Counted from the first letter of the stretch, positions 35,487 to 46,224 are shown. The stretch: DNA of 64,000 bases from an uncultured Candidatus Berkelbacteria bacterium (GCA_963698075.1 OY969116.1:465830-529829); one strand, 5' to 3'. Translations and numbers: made by a program. Notes: generated from the sequence alone by a model not told the origin.

Positions 35487-37511
35487 TTAATTAGCGAGCT
35501 CTGCATTTCTAATCATCACTTCACCCCTCATTGGCGTCCGAGAAACAATTCCAAAACTGAAAACATATTTCTCATTAAAATTCGGTTTACTGTTGGGAAG
35601 ATTAAATTGAAACATTTCAAAGGGAATATAGATTCTTTTCCAGCCTTGCCAATCACAGCTAAAATCATAAGATAGATAATTATTATCTTCCCCCGTAAGA
35701 GCAATCGAACAAAGCTTGTCATTGCTATCACCAAGAATTTCCAAATACAGGCCTTTATTTTCTTCCTCATTAATTAAAATTTTTCGATTATTGGTCAACA
35801 GAAAACGATTGTCTTCTAAATCAGTGTTTTTAAAAGCCTTGGTAAAAGAGTAATCAACTTTTAAAACATCATCTTCAATCGCAAAGCTCGGCTCATTATT
35901 AATCATTTTTATTTGCCAATCCTTTTTTGAACCGATTGCTAATGGTTTTTGCAAATGGACTTTTGAATAATCAGCTCGATAGATTCTTGCCAATTCAATT
36001 CCCTTCACCCGAATAATTTCGACCGGCTCATCTTTTAATAATTCCTGGGCTGTCAGACCAATATTTCCTTCTGAAAAAATTCGAGGTAAGACTATAAAAT
36101 CGGCGGCCCGAGCAAAACCAGCGACTTCTCCTTCATTGATAAAAATTGGGGTCGCTGAACGAGCGTCCTGAAGATATTTTTTAAGTTGCCAATCATAACC
36201 CATAATCGCCGTCCTCGAATCTTGAGGACTATTTTCATTCAGATATTGGCCAATCAATGGCACTGTTTCTCCTTCAGTACCGACTGGATATAATTTAAAG
36301 GCATTCTTGGTCCCACCCACTAAAATACTTGAATATAATCCCCAAAATGCGGGGCTGAAGGCAGTCAAAGGCAAGACAAGACATATCATTATCCCTAAAA
36401 TAATCAGATTTCTCATTAATCGAATGGGAAAATATTGGATTATTTGGTCAAGTCCTAGGGCGGCAATAATTAAAACGAGCGGGATGATTGGCAGCAACTG
36501 ATGAGAGGCGCCGTAATTGGTGACAATGCCGTTATAAGTTAAATAAATTAAAAGTAAAGCAACAATTAAAAATAATTTGTATTGGCTTTCCAAACCTTTT
36601 TTAATAAGATCTTTTAAAAAGACAATAATTTTGAAAAAGAGACCTAAAACAATAATCGGCGCCAACACGCCGAGAACCATGAGATAATAATATCTTAAAA
36701 TCGGAAAAGGATAATTCAAAAGATAAGGAGTGTAAGTTTTCGATTTGTAAAGCAAATACATCCCCTTAATATGCTCAACGTCTCGAAAACCCGACCACAA
36801 AAGAAGGGGCGTGCCAATCATGAATAGTAAAAAAATTACGTAAGGAAACCAAAATTTTTTTTCTTTAAGTCTTTTGTAGGAAACAATTGGAATCAAAACC
36901 ACGATTGAAAGAGCTAAAATGAAAATCGTTAATTTGACAAGGATTGATAATCCCAGGATAAATCCCAAATAATATAAATATTTAGTTTTATGGGTTTTAA
37001 AATAACTCAATAACAATTCTATCTGAATGATGATAAGCAAAACTAAAACTGTCTCCAAGTAAGCGCTTGAATTGTTGGTCACCACTAGCGGCAAAACGGC
37101 AAAGGCGAAACCGGCAAAAAAACCTGTTCTTAAATTAAACCAATTTTTGCCCAGCCTAAAAAGTAAAAGGGCAGAAATAGAACCAATAAAACAATTGACT
37201 AACCTAGCGCCAATCAGAGTTGAAAAGTTAAACTTCTCCGCGATCCAAATGCCGGCTGTCATCACCCACATTGCCAATGGTGGATTGCCAAAAACCGGTG
37301 ATGCTGGCGGATAAATCTGGTGCTTAAGTTGAAAAAAATAAGCCCAAAAATGCTTGGCAAACCATCCACCAATCCAATCAACATAAACTATTTCATCAGG
37401 CCTCCAGGCCATTTTTAAAGCCGCGATAATTCTTAAAATTAAGGCCAGTATAAAAATAAATATGGCGATAATCCATGATTTCTTTTTTAGTAAAAGTATA
37501 AAATTTTTCAT
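35487..37511 (-). CDS. GT-C-type polytopic membrane glycosyltransferase (ArnT/PMT-like) with a C-terminal soluble domain
   Basis: N-terminal region with 12 or more TM segments and an extracytoplasmic loop after TM1. A roughly 250-aa C-terminal domain. Confidence 0.5.
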   Translation of the reverse strand: MKNFILLLKKKSWIIAIFIFILALILRIIAALKMAWRPDEIVYVDWIGGWFAKHFWAYFFQLKHQIYPPASPVFGNPPLAMWVMTAGIWIAEKFNFSTLIGARLVNCFIGSISALLLFRLGKNWFNLRTGFFAGFAFAVLPLVVTNNSSAYLETVLVLLIIIQIELLLSYFKTHKTKYLYYLGFILGLSILVKLTIFILALSIVVLIPIVSYKRLKEKKFWFPYVIFLLFMIGTPLLLWSGFRDVEHIKGMYLLYKSKTYTPYLLNYPFPILRYYYLMVLGVLAPIIVLGLFFKIIVFLKDLIKKGLESQYKLFLIVALLLIYLTYNGIVTNYGASHQLLPIIPLVLIIAALGLDQIIQYFPIRLMRNLIILGIMICLVLPLTAFSPAFWGLYSSILVGGTKNAFKLYPVGTEGETVPLIGQYLNENSPQDSRTAIMGYDWQLKKYLQDARSATPIFINEGEVAGFARAADFIVLPRIFSEGNIGLTAQELLKDEPVEIIRVKGIELARIYRADYSKVHLQKPLAIGSKKDWQIKMINNEPSFAIEDDVLKVDYSFTKAFKNTDLEDNRFLLTNNRKILINEEENKGLYLEILGDSNDKLCSIALTGEDNNYLSYDFSCDWQGWKRIYIPFEMFQFNLPNSKPNFNEKYVFSFGIVSRTPMRGEVMIRNAELAN

Positions 37512-39658
37512 TGATAAACTCTTTTCAAAACATAAGCTAATCCTTTTAGGCGAAAAAGTCGGTATAAACGATTAAGTTTTTTGATAAAAATAGGACCGCT
37601 GGCTGGTACCATATAATAATCTACATCTGAACAAGCTAATAAACAACCAGGACAATTTTTTTGTTGAGTATATTTTAGAATTTCCGCTCTTTTCTTTCCC
37701 AAAAAAATTTCTTTAAGGGAATCATTTTTAATATCGCCTAAAATTATTTTATCCCAGCCCCAACATGGAAAAACCTTACCATTATTTTGGATAATTAAAG
37801 AATTTTTAAGTATTTGACAAAATCTCTTGGGATAAATTTTACCGTTTAATAAAAAATAATTAGGAATAGACCTTAATAAACCTTCTGACATAATATCAAC
37901 TTTTTTTATATGCGCATAAGAAATAGTATTTTCGATTTCCTTTTTTAGTTTCTTTAAATCAGACCCCGAAATCCAATAATACTGATGTTTATTTTTTCTT
38001 TTGAATAAATAATCTTTAGAAAAAGGTTGGAATGAAACTTGATAAATTTTTTCTTGTGAGGCTAAGTCTATTACCGATTTCATCTGATTGTAATTTATTT
38101 TCGAAACAACCATCGAAATATTAGTTAAGATTTTTTTATTCTTTAATAACTTGATCGCTCTTAAAATGTTTTCATAACTGTTTGGGCCTCTTATTTTTTC
38201 ATGCATTTCTTTATTGCCATCTACTGAAATATAAATTCTATCAACATATTTAGTAATTAGAGGAGCAGTTTGGGAATCAATTAAACTACCATTTGTTGTC
38301 AAAAAAACCTGATATCCAAGCTCCTTAGCCATTTTCAAAGTATTTAAAATATTAGGATAAAGTAATGGCTCCCCTCCGGAAAAAGAAACCTGCTCTGCCC
38401 CCAAGTTTCGTGCCTGTCTCAAAACCTTTTTTACTAAATTAAAAGATAAAGATTGTTTTTTTGTTTGCCAAATATCACACATCTGGCAATGAAAATTGCA
38501 AGCTGTTGTTAGTTCAATAAAAAGATTTTGTAATCTATTTTTAAAAAGAGGTTTTTGCCTCATTTCTATATTTTTTATCAACTTATCTACAGCCCTTGCT
38601 GTTTGATCCCAACTAAATTTTTTAGCAAATTTTATTGCTTCTTGTCCTGCTTTCTCTCTTTTTTCTTTATTAATCAAAACCTCGATAATAAGATTTTTTA
38701 ACTGGTTGAAATTATTTTTTTCAAATAACCAGCCTGTCTTCTCATTTAAAATTGAATCTTTTAAACCGGGAGCATTGGAAGCAATGGTCGGGGTTCCGCA
38801 GGCCGCTGCTTCAACCACTGTTAATCCCCACCCTTCTTTTATTGATGGCTGAACCGTCACCCAAGCCCTTTGAAACCATTTGGCCTTTTCTTTTTCAGAT
38901 AAAAATCCCAAAAAAGAAACATAAGAATCAAGTTTTAATCTTTGAGTTAATTTTTCAAGTCTTTTTTTGTCATTCCCTATTCCAATTATGACTAAACGGA
39001 TTTTAGGTATCAACCGGATAATGTCTTTAAAAACTTTCAAAAGTAAATCCACCCGTTTATATTTTTTTAGTCTCCCCAAATAAACAATTAGAGCTTCTTT
39101 TTGCTTAGGACCCGGAAGATAAGTAGTATAAGATAATCCTGGATTGATAATTTTAATATTTGAATAGCTAACCCCAAGATTAAATAATTCTTGCCCAGTA
39201 CTTTTAGAAATGGAGATAAAACAGCTTTTTTTATAGAGCAAGAAAAATCCCCGCTCTATTATCGCTAAAATATGGCCTAAAAATCCAAATTCTTTGACAA
39301 ATATTTCTCCAAAAATATCAAGCGCAATCGCAATACAGGGTTTAGATCTTACAAAAAGTGGAGTACAGTAAGGAATTTTATTGGTAAAATCCAAGACTAA
39401 ATCAAATTTATCTTTGTTCTTTAAATACCAAAAAACCGATGTTAAGTTAATAAGCCAGGTAGGTCCCCTTCTGATGACATTGATGCCATTGATTTTTTCT
39501 TCTGGCTTGCTTTTGGGAAATTTAGCACAAAGTAATGTTATTTCATATCTCTTTGTCAATCGAGAAAAAACCTCGTTAAGATAAACTTCGGCTCCGCCGG
39601 CTTTCGGATTTTTAATATCCCACCAATTAAAAATTAAAATTCTTTTTTTCCTTTGCAT
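37508..39658 (-). CDS. Fusion protein: N-terminal GT4 glycosyltransferase plus C-terminal radical SAM enzyme with a SPASM/twitch-like Cys cluster
   Basis: GT4 region EGWGLTVVEAAACGTP. Radical SAM CX3CX2C motif TTACNFHCQMCD with a GGEPLL glycine-rich motif. A C-terminal CWGW...CPGCLLAC cluster. Confidence 0.65.
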   Translation of the reverse strand: MQRKKRILIFNWWDIKNPKAGGAEVYLNEVFSRLTKRYEITLLCAKFPKSKPEEKINGINVIRRGPTWLINLTSVFWYLKNKDKFDLVLDFTNKIPYCTPLFVRSKPCIAIALDIFGEIFVKEFGFLGHILAIIERGFFLLYKKSCFISISKSTGQELFNLGVSYSNIKIINPGLSYTTYLPGPKQKEALIVYLGRLKKYKRVDLLLKVFKDIIRLIPKIRLVIIGIGNDKKRLEKLTQRLKLDSYVSFLGFLSEKEKAKWFQRAWVTVQPSIKEGWGLTVVEAAACGTPTIASNAPGLKDSILNEKTGWLFEKNNFNQLKNLIIEVLINKEKREKAGQEAIKFAKKFSWDQTARAVDKLIKNIEMRQKPLFKNRLQNLFIELTTACNFHCQMCDIWQTKKQSLSFNLVKKVLRQARNLGAEQVSFSGGEPLLYPNILNTLKMAKELGYQVFLTTNGSLIDSQTAPLITKYVDRIYISVDGNKEMHEKIRGPNSYENILRAIKLLKNKKILTNISMVVSKINYNQMKSVIDLASQEKIYQVSFQPFSKDYLFKRKNKHQYYWISGSDLKKLKKEIENTISYAHIKKVDIMSEGLLRSIPNYFLLNGKIYPKRFCQILKNSLIIQNNGKVFPCWGWDKIILGDIKNDSLKEIFLGKKRAEILKYTQQKNCPGCLLACSDVDYYMVPASGPIFIKKLNRLYRLFRLKGLAYVLKRVYQ

Positions 39659-40485
39659 TTTTTTCTCCAGGCTAAAGCATATATATCAATCAAGAAAAAA
39701 GGTCTAAATGGCCAAAGTCGAAGAAGGGCTATTATAATTTTCTTAGTCCGGGAAGATTTCGCGCCCTGTTCCAACATCTCAACAAACCAACCTCCTTCGG
39801 ACCAAACCTGATAACCAAATCGATGTTTTTTGAGAATCCTTTTTAAAAGAAAAGGTGTTTGTTCATTGATGTGCATAATCGGATCATAATAATCATCTTT
39901 TATTTTTTCTTTCGGCGGCTTTCGATAAATTAAATAGTGCCAAAGTTTATATAAGGAAAAGCCATAAAAAGCCAAACGATTAGGATAAGTATAAATAATG
40001 AGAAATCCGGAGTCTTTGAGTGATTTTTTTATTTTTGGTAAAAGAAAATCAATTTCCCAGGATCTAAGATGTTCAATCACCTGCATTAAAAAGATTCTGT
40101 CATAACAATTTTTGGGCAAGTTTAAATTTTTAAAATCTGTTTGTTTTAAACTGATCCTATCTCTAATTTTTTTATGCTGATTCAGAATAGACTCTTGAGA
40201 TAATTTAATGGCAGCTTCTGCAAAATCAACTCCTTCAACGATAGCTCCTAGCCGCGCGAACCGAACCAAAATTTCCCCTCTTCCACAACCTAAATCTAAG
40301 ATTTTCATTCCAGGTTTGATTTGAGAGATATCAATAACTCTTTTATATTCTTTATCTATTTTAGTTCCTTGACTTTTAAGAAAATCTGAATAGTTGCCCC
40401 AACTTAAAAAATACTCTTCGGTATAATATTTCGGGTCGACAGAAAGTGAAAAATTCTTTTTCCTCATTAAAAATCCTTTTTCCAC
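39634..40485 (-). CDS. Class I SAM-dependent methyltransferase
   Basis: Motif I ILDLGCGRGEIL. Confidence 0.6.
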   Translation of the reverse strand: MEKGFLMRKKNFSLSVDPKYYTEEYFLSWGNYSDFLKSQGTKIDKEYKRVIDISQIKPGMKILDLGCGRGEILVRFARLGAIVEGVDFAEAAIKLSQESILNQHKKIRDRISLKQTDFKNLNLPKNCYDRIFLMQVIEHLRSWEIDFLLPKIKKSLKDSGFLIIYTYPNRLAFYGFSLYKLWHYLIYRKPPKEKIKDDYYDPIMHINEQTPFLLKRILKKHRFGYQVWSEGGWFVEMLEQGAKSSRTKKIIIALLRLWPFRPFFLIDIYALAWRKKCKGKKEF

Positions 40486-40493
40486 ATTCTTCT

Positions 40494-41246
40494 TTAAACT
40501 GTTGCAGTAATTCTTTTCAAATCGAATAAATCATTTTCTTGTCCATCTTCTGTGGAGAATGCTGCCAAATATCCTGTTTTTTTAACTATTATTTTAATAG
40601 TTTCGTTTGTCTGGCCGTAAGGATAAGCTAAAAAATAAATTTTCTTCCTTAATTTTTTCTCAATTTCTAATTTTGAACTTAAGATTTCTTCTTGAAGTTT
40701 ATTCTCCGTAATTTGGGTTAATAAAGAATGGGTTTTTGTATGAGAGCCGAAAGCAATTAAGCTGTCTTTCATTTTTTTGATCTCATTCCAAGATAAATAA
40801 TTCCCAAATCTATTTCTTTTCCCAATATAATTACTGATTAAAAACAAGGTGGCTGGAATATTGTATTTTTTCAAAATCGGATAGGCATTAGTGTAGCTAT
40901 CTTTATAGCCATCATCCAAAGTAATGACCAGTGAGATCGACGATAATTCAACTTTTCCCTTTAAAGCCGAAACTAAATCATCTAAAGAAATTATCGGATA
41001 TCTTTTTGATAAATATTTCATTTGAAATTCAAAATTCTTTTTAGAAATAGACCAATCCTGTAATAAAGAAGAATTTCTTTTCCGCTCATTAGGTATTATT
41101 TGATGGTAGTTCAAAATATAAAATTTCCTTTTATGACTGAATAATTTATCCTTAAGAATCAGTAAATTTAAATAAAAAATAAAACCTATCTGATACTTAA
41201 CTAACAAATAAATAAAACTTTTAATTTTAATCAATAAATTTCTCAT
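40494..41246 (-). CDS. Polysaccharide deacetylase (NodB-homology, CE4)
   Basis: LTLDDGYKDSY...ATLFL...HTKTH motifs. Confidence 0.65.
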   Translation of the reverse strand: MRNLLIKIKSFIYLLVKYQIGFIFYLNLLILKDKLFSHKRKFYILNYHQIIPNERKRNSSLLQDWSISKKNFEFQMKYLSKRYPIISLDDLVSALKGKVELSSISLVITLDDGYKDSYTNAYPILKKYNIPATLFLISNYIGKRNRFGNYLSWNEIKKMKDSLIAFGSHTKTHSLLTQITENKLQEEILSSKLEIEKKLRKKIYFLAYPYGQTNETIKIIVKKTGYLAAFSTEDGQENDLFDLKRITATV

Positions 41247-41967
41247 TCGACCTCTTTATATCTTTGGCCAAATTAAAATCAGGATATTGGGAAAGTAAAA
41301 TATCCAAATTTTCCATTACGCAATGTCCACTAATGACACCGGGGAAAGTATTCGGCTGACAAATTTTTTTCATTCCTAATTTTTCATATCCTTTATTATA
41401 CATATTGATAAATTGAGTGATGACTTCATTAAAATCCAATCCAATTTGGTCGCAAATTCTGGCTTCTTCTTGGGCTCGGGCAATTGCCAAACCATAACGA
41501 AAAGTTGAAAAAAGTTTAGCAAATTCTGTTATTTCAGAAGATTTTTTAATTTTCGGATTTAAACCTGCTTGTTTGAAATATTTATATGCTTTATAGCAAG
41601 CAGAATGAGAAGTCCCACCGATCCATTTTTCAAAAGTTTTGAGTCCTTTGATTAAATTATTATGTTGACCAACCACTGGTGAATGAACGCAAAAAACATT
41701 AGTAAATTCTTGAATTGCTTTTGTAGTGCCTACTTTTACGGTTGAATGAATTATTACCAGTCGAGGTTTGAATTTCTTGATATATTCTATTGTTATAGTT
41801 TCAAAGGATTGAGAATAAGGTAGACAAATATGCATTATATCAATTGGGGTCTGAATTTCTTTTTTTTCTTTATCTAAAGTTTGTAAAGTTTTATCGCTTT
41901 TTTTAAAAATTTCATAAAGAGCTTGACCAACCTGACCCATGCCGATAATAAGATTAAAATTAGTCAT
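41227..41967 (-). CDS. NAD(P)-binding Rossmann-fold protein (UDP-sugar dehydrogenase-like, short)
   Basis: N-terminal IIGMGQVGQALYEIF dinucleotide-binding motif. Function is not resolved. Confidence 0.35.
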   Translation of the reverse strand: MTNFNLIIGMGQVGQALYEIFKKSDKTLQTLDKEKKEIQTPIDIMHICLPYSQSFETITIEYIKKFKPRLVIIHSTVKVGTTKAIQEFTNVFCVHSPVVGQHNNLIKGLKTFEKWIGGTSHSACYKAYKYFKQAGLNPKIKKSSEITEFAKLFSTFRYGLAIARAQEEARICDQIGLDFNEVITQFINMYNKGYEKLGMKKICQPNTFPGVISGHCVMENLDILLSQYPDFNLAKDIKRSNEKFID

Positions 41968-42890
41968 AATTTTTTCCCTTTTATTGAATTAGAGAGGCCC
42001 TTCCTGATTTGAAAACCATGATAAATCATCCCCAACCTGAAGATTCGATAGGTCAAAATATCCAAAATGGGGATAAGTAAATAAATCAATTTTTCTTTCC
42101 GATATTCAAAGGGTAATTGTTTGTATAAAACAGAAATTCTTTTTGGCCAGCTAAATAAATTCTTTAAAAAAAATTGTTTTTCCCTGGGTAAATTTTTCCG
42201 ATGTTTAGATAATAATTTTGCTTTCCACCAGCCATAAAGATAATATTTTTTTATTAAATTAGTAAGAGTTTTGGGCATTTCATGAAAAACAATTGCCTTT
42301 GGTTTGTATAAAAATTTATAACCCATAAAATAAATTCTCCAGCTTAGATCAGCATCTACGCACCATCTAAAAGATGGATCAAATAAGCTTGCCTTTTTGA
42401 CCAGCTCAATTTTATAGGCACAATTAGCAGTGGCCAAGAAGGGTGGTTGGAGCTTGTTATCTATCATATGCTTTTTAGGATGGAATAAGCATACCTCGGC
42501 ATACTTTTCAATTAGATTTTTAGGGTTTAGGGCCCGGATGTCTCCTCCTACCCCAGCTATTTTTTTATTTTGAGAAAAACCTCTAACCAGATGGAATAAC
42601 CAGTCCTTGTCGGCGGCACAGTCAGCATCAATAAAAGCAACGATTTCTCCTTTGGCTTTTTTAATTCCTAAATTTCTTGCCGAAGCAACTCCCAATTTTT
42701 TTTCTTTAAAATAGCGAACATTGTATTTTTTAATAATATTGGCTGTTGAGTCGGTTGAATTATTATCTATAATCAATATCTCATATTTGTTCTTTGGATA
42801 AGTTAAATTCAGAAGAGATTGAATGCAGATTTCGATTGTTTTTTCCTCGTTGTAGGCGGGAACAATGATTGTAACTTTAGGATAAGTCAT
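41964..42890 (-). CDS. GT2-family glycosyltransferase
   Basis: VTIIVPAYNEE...IIDNNSTD...DADC motifs of GT-A fold family 2. Confidence 0.7.
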   Translation of the reverse strand: MTYPKVTIIVPAYNEEKTIEICIQSLLNLTYPKNKYEILIIDNNSTDSTANIIKKYNVRYFKEKKLGVASARNLGIKKAKGEIVAFIDADCAADKDWLFHLVRGFSQNKKIAGVGGDIRALNPKNLIEKYAEVCLFHPKKHMIDNKLQPPFLATANCAYKIELVKKASLFDPSFRWCVDADLSWRIYFMGYKFLYKPKAIVFHEMPKTLTNLIKKYYLYGWWKAKLLSKHRKNLPREKQFFLKNLFSWPKRISVLYKQLPFEYRKEKLIYLLIPILDILTYRIFRLGMIYHGFQIRKGLSNSIKGKKL

Positions 42891-42897
42891 CTTAATT

Positions 42898-43803
42898 TTA
42901 TCGATATTTTATCTTAGCGCTAATGATTCCTATAAAAAAGGCTAACTGCCTTAAAAAGGATAAAAATAAGGCAATAATTTTTTCAGGCCATTTGGGAAAA
43001 AAATGAGCAATTTTAAAGGGAAAAATAAAAATTTCATCAAGAGTTTTTTTGAAAACTGATAAGGGATCGGATTTGATATAGAAAGAGTTTTGATGTTTTT
43101 TCCTAACTAAATACATTCCTCTACCATAAGTAAAATTTTGTAACAAAAAAGAACTAAATGTATCCCTTTGCAAATGTTCAACTTGCATTCTCGGCTCATA
43201 AATTAATTTATAACCATTTTTTATTATTCTCCAACAAAATTCTGAATCTTCACCTGCTTCTTTATCAAAATCCGTGTCAAAATTGCCTATTTTAGCAAAG
43301 ATCTCCTTTTTAATAGACAGATTACAGGTGGGTAAAAATAAGGCTTCTTTATCTTTCTTGAACTTATTAATAAAATGATTCAAAATAGCCTGGTCTATCT
43401 GGGCGATAATGTTTTGTTTATAAAATTTTACCACTGTTGGACCGCCAATTCCTCCAACTCTCTTGGGCGCTTTTCCAAAACTCATCAAGATTGATTCCAG
43501 CCAATTTTTATTAGCAATACAATCCGTATCAATAAAAACAATGATTTTCCCCTTTGTTTTTTTGATGCCTAGATTACGGGAGGAAGCCCAGCCTTTATTT
43601 CTTTGATAAAAATAATTTAGATTATACGCATTGTATTTGGACTGAAGCCCAGTAATAAACTCTTTAGTGCCATCATTAGAACCATCATCAACAATAATAA
43701 TTTCATATTTTTCTTTAGGATAGGTTTGATTAAAAAGAGACTTTAAGCAATTTGCTAAAAAAATTTTTCTGTTATATGTCGGAATGATTATTGAGATATC
43801 CAT
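42898..43803 (-). CDS. GT2-family glycosyltransferase
   Basis: ISIIIPTYNR...VDDGSNDGT...DTDC motifs. Confidence 0.7.
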   Translation of the reverse strand: MDISIIIPTYNRKIFLANCLKSLFNQTYPKEKYEIIIVDDGSNDGTKEFITGLQSKYNAYNLNYFYQRNKGWASSRNLGIKKTKGKIIVFIDTDCIANKNWLESILMSFGKAPKRVGGIGGPTVVKFYKQNIIAQIDQAILNHFINKFKKDKEALFLPTCNLSIKKEIFAKIGNFDTDFDKEAGEDSEFCWRIIKNGYKLIYEPRMQVEHLQRDTFSSFLLQNFTYGRGMYLVRKKHQNSFYIKSDPLSVFKKTLDEIFIFPFKIAHFFPKWPEKIIALFLSFLRQLAFFIGIISAKIKYR

Positions 43804-43849
43804 TTTTTATTGTTTTATTATTCTCTTTTTCATTTCTCTGATATAATTC

Positions 43850-45367
43850 TTGCAGAAGAAAGGATTGTTAATGTTTTTTCGGCGTCTTATTGCCTACAAT
43901 GCACTTGTCCAAATTATTGGTAAAGCCTTAGGCATTGCTTTTTCTTTGGGCACCGTGATTCTCTTGACGCGTTATTTAGGAATTGCCGGTTTTGGCCAAT
44001 ATAGCACAGCTTTAGCTTTTGTCGGTTTCTTTGTTATCTTGGCTGATTTGGGTATTTATGGAATCACGGTCAGAGAAATGGCTCAAAAGAAAGAAAAAAA
44101 AGTCAAGATTTTGAGCAATGTTTTTATCTATCGAATATTTTCTTCCTTTTTGATTTTCGGAGTTGCCTTTTTCATTAGTCTTTTAATGCCTTATGATCCA
44201 ATAGTTAAGTTGGCCATTGGCATTGTCGCTTTACAATCATTATTTGCCAGTTTAACCACTTTTTACGGCACAATTTTCCAGGTTAATTATCGAATGGATT
44301 TACCAACATTTATTGAAATATTTTCGCGGGCGTTGTATTTTGCTCTGACATATCTAGCAATTCAATTTAAATTTAATCTCTTAGGAATTTTTTGGTTTTT
44401 TGTGATTTCGACTTTTATCAATCTACTTTTAGTTTACCTATTAAGTTTGAAATTTATCAAATTAAAATTGCAACTTGATTGGAAATTTTTAAGATACTTT
44501 TTCCGCGAAAGTTGGCCTTTGGGTTTAGTCGCTGTTTTGGGAATGATCAATTTTCAAATTGGTATTATTTTACTTTCTTTCTCTAAACCAATGAATGATG
44601 TCGGAATTTATGGTAGCGCTTACCGTGTCTTCGAGAATTTAATTATTATCCCTGTAATTTTTGTTAATTTAATTTTCCCAAAATTATCCCAATTAATTAA
44701 GAAAGACTTTGCTGAATCCAAAAAATTTTTTCAAAAAACATTTAATATTTTATTAATAGTGGTTTTCCCTATCGTAATTTTTTTCTTTTTTTTGGCTCCC
44801 TACTGTATTTATATCATTGCTGGCAAAGAATTTATTGCCGCTTCAGAGCCACTAAAGGTTCTGATGGTCGTTCTTTTATTTACTTTCTTATCTTATCCCT
44901 TAACTCAGCTTTTGGTGGCAGGTGGTAAACAGAAATGGCTAATTTGGAATGCCGCCTTTTTTATTGGTCCAACGATAATTTTAAACCTTATTTTCATTCC
45001 TCATTATACCTATAACGGTACTGCTTTGGCCACTTTAATAACAACTTTTATTAATTTTTTATTTCTTTTGATACTTACTCATTATTTACTTAAGATCCAA
45101 CCAAACTTTAACTTAATTAAAAAACTTATTCTACCATCTTCCCTTTTGATCTTTTTCCTCTATTTAATACTTTCTACTTCATTTTTTTCTCAAGAAAGAT
45201 TCAGCCAAATCAGTTTAATTAATCAATTACTTTTAGCCATTTCTGCCTTTGTGGCTACTGGTAGTCTTTACTCGCTGGTTCTTTTAGGACTCGGGATAGT
45301 TCCTTTAAATTTTATCAAAGGGCTTATTTTCAAGAGGTCGAATACCCGAAGCTTGCTTCGAGGATGA
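43850..45367 (+). CDS. Wzx-like oligosaccharide/polysaccharide flippase (MOP superfamily)
   Basis: About 14 TM segments, 505 aa, with a polysacc_synt-like N-terminus. Confidence 0.65.
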   Translation: MQKKGLLMFFRRLIAYNALVQIIGKALGIAFSLGTVILLTRYLGIAGFGQYSTALAFVGFFVILADLGIYGITVREMAQKKEKKVKILSNVFIYRIFSSFLIFGVAFFISLLMPYDPIVKLAIGIVALQSLFASLTTFYGTIFQVNYRMDLPTFIEIFSRALYFALTYLAIQFKFNLLGIFWFFVISTFINLLLVYLLSLKFIKLKLQLDWKFLRYFFRESWPLGLVAVLGMINFQIGIILLSFSKPMNDVGIYGSAYRVFENLIIIPVIFVNLIFPKLSQLIKKDFAESKKFFQKTFNILLIVVFPIVIFFFFLAPYCIYIIAGKEFIAASEPLKVLMVVLLFTFLSYPLTQLLVAGGKQKWLIWNAAFFIGPTIILNLIFIPHYTYNGTALATLITTFINFLFLLILTHYLLKIQPNFNLIKKLILPSSLLIFFLYLILSTSFFSQERFSQISLINQLLLAISAFVATGSLYSLVLLGLGIVPLNFIKGLIFKRSNTRSLLRG

Positions 45368-45450
45368 AGGCCTTTTTTGCCAGCAAAATTTACTACTTGA
45401 AAAAAACTTCTCCGTAAGGAGTAATACCTCGAGGCTTGCTTCGAAGAAAG
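45342..45450. repeat. Left arm of inverted repeats bracketing the GT2 gene at 45492-46214
   Basis: AAAAAACTTCTCCGTAAGGAGTAATACCTCGAGGCTTGCTTCGAAG (45399-45446) is the near reverse complement of 46247-46297. An additional CCCGAAGC-TT-GCTTCGAGG palindrome lies at 45344-45362. Confidence 0.5.
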
Positions 45451-45491
45451 TTTATTCATCCAAGAAAAACTGGCAATCAATCCCGGCCTTT

Positions 45492-46214
45492 TTAATAATC
45501 TTTTTGGATTTTGTCGTTGAGTCTTAATCTTAAAATAGTGACACTGGCTTCATTGATGATACCAACGCCCATTTTGCTTTTGCCTCGGCGGCGTTCCTTG
45601 AAAATAATTGGTATTTCAATTGGTTTAAATCCAGCTTTTAAAGCCTGGTATTTGGTGGCCACTTGAAAAGCGTAGCCATTGGGAAATTCGGCATTTTTTA
45701 GATTAATTTTGGCCAAGATTTTTTTGGGCCACGAGCAAAATCCCGATGTCCAATCTTTAATTTGAAACCCTAAAATTACTTTAGTATAAGTATTACCCAA
45801 CCAACTCAAGAGCAACCTTTTCATATTCCAACCTTTGATTTTACCGCCCGGAACATAGCGAGAAGCGATGACCCAATGATTATCGTTCGCAAAAGCAATC
45901 AGGATTGGAATCATTTGCGGATTATGAGAAAAATCGGCATCCATTTGGATAATATAGTCAAAATTATTCTTTAAAGCGAAGTTAAATCCTGAAATATAAG
46001 CTGGTCCCAAACCTTCTCTAAATTCCCGTTCAATCAAATTTAGGTTTGAATATTTTTTCTGCAATTTTTTAACAATTGTGGCGGTTCTATCTGGTGAATC
46101 ATCATCAACCACTAAAATATGGTAATGAGGATCTACTTGAAAAACCGCCTCAATAATTTCCTTGATGTTTCCCTTCTCATTATAAGTTGGAATGATAATT
46201 AAAACTTTCATCAA
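45492..46214 (-). CDS. GT2 polyprenol-phosphate glycosyltransferase (DPM1/polyprenol-monophosphomannose or -glucose synthase-like)
   Basis: VLIIIPTYNE...VVDDDSPD...DADFSH motifs. About 240 aa with a C-terminal amphipathic region. Confidence 0.7.
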   Translation of the reverse strand: MMKVLIIIPTYNEKGNIKEIIEAVFQVDPHYHILVVDDDSPDRTATIVKKLQKKYSNLNLIEREFREGLGPAYISGFNFALKNNFDYIIQMDADFSHNPQMIPILIAFANDNHWVIASRYVPGGKIKGWNMKRLLLSWLGNTYTKVILGFQIKDWTSGFCSWPKKILAKINLKNAEFPNGYAFQVATKYQALKAGFKPIEIPIIFKERRRGKSKMGVGIINEASVTILRLRLNDKIQKDY

Positions 46215-46224
46215 TCTGTAGAAT

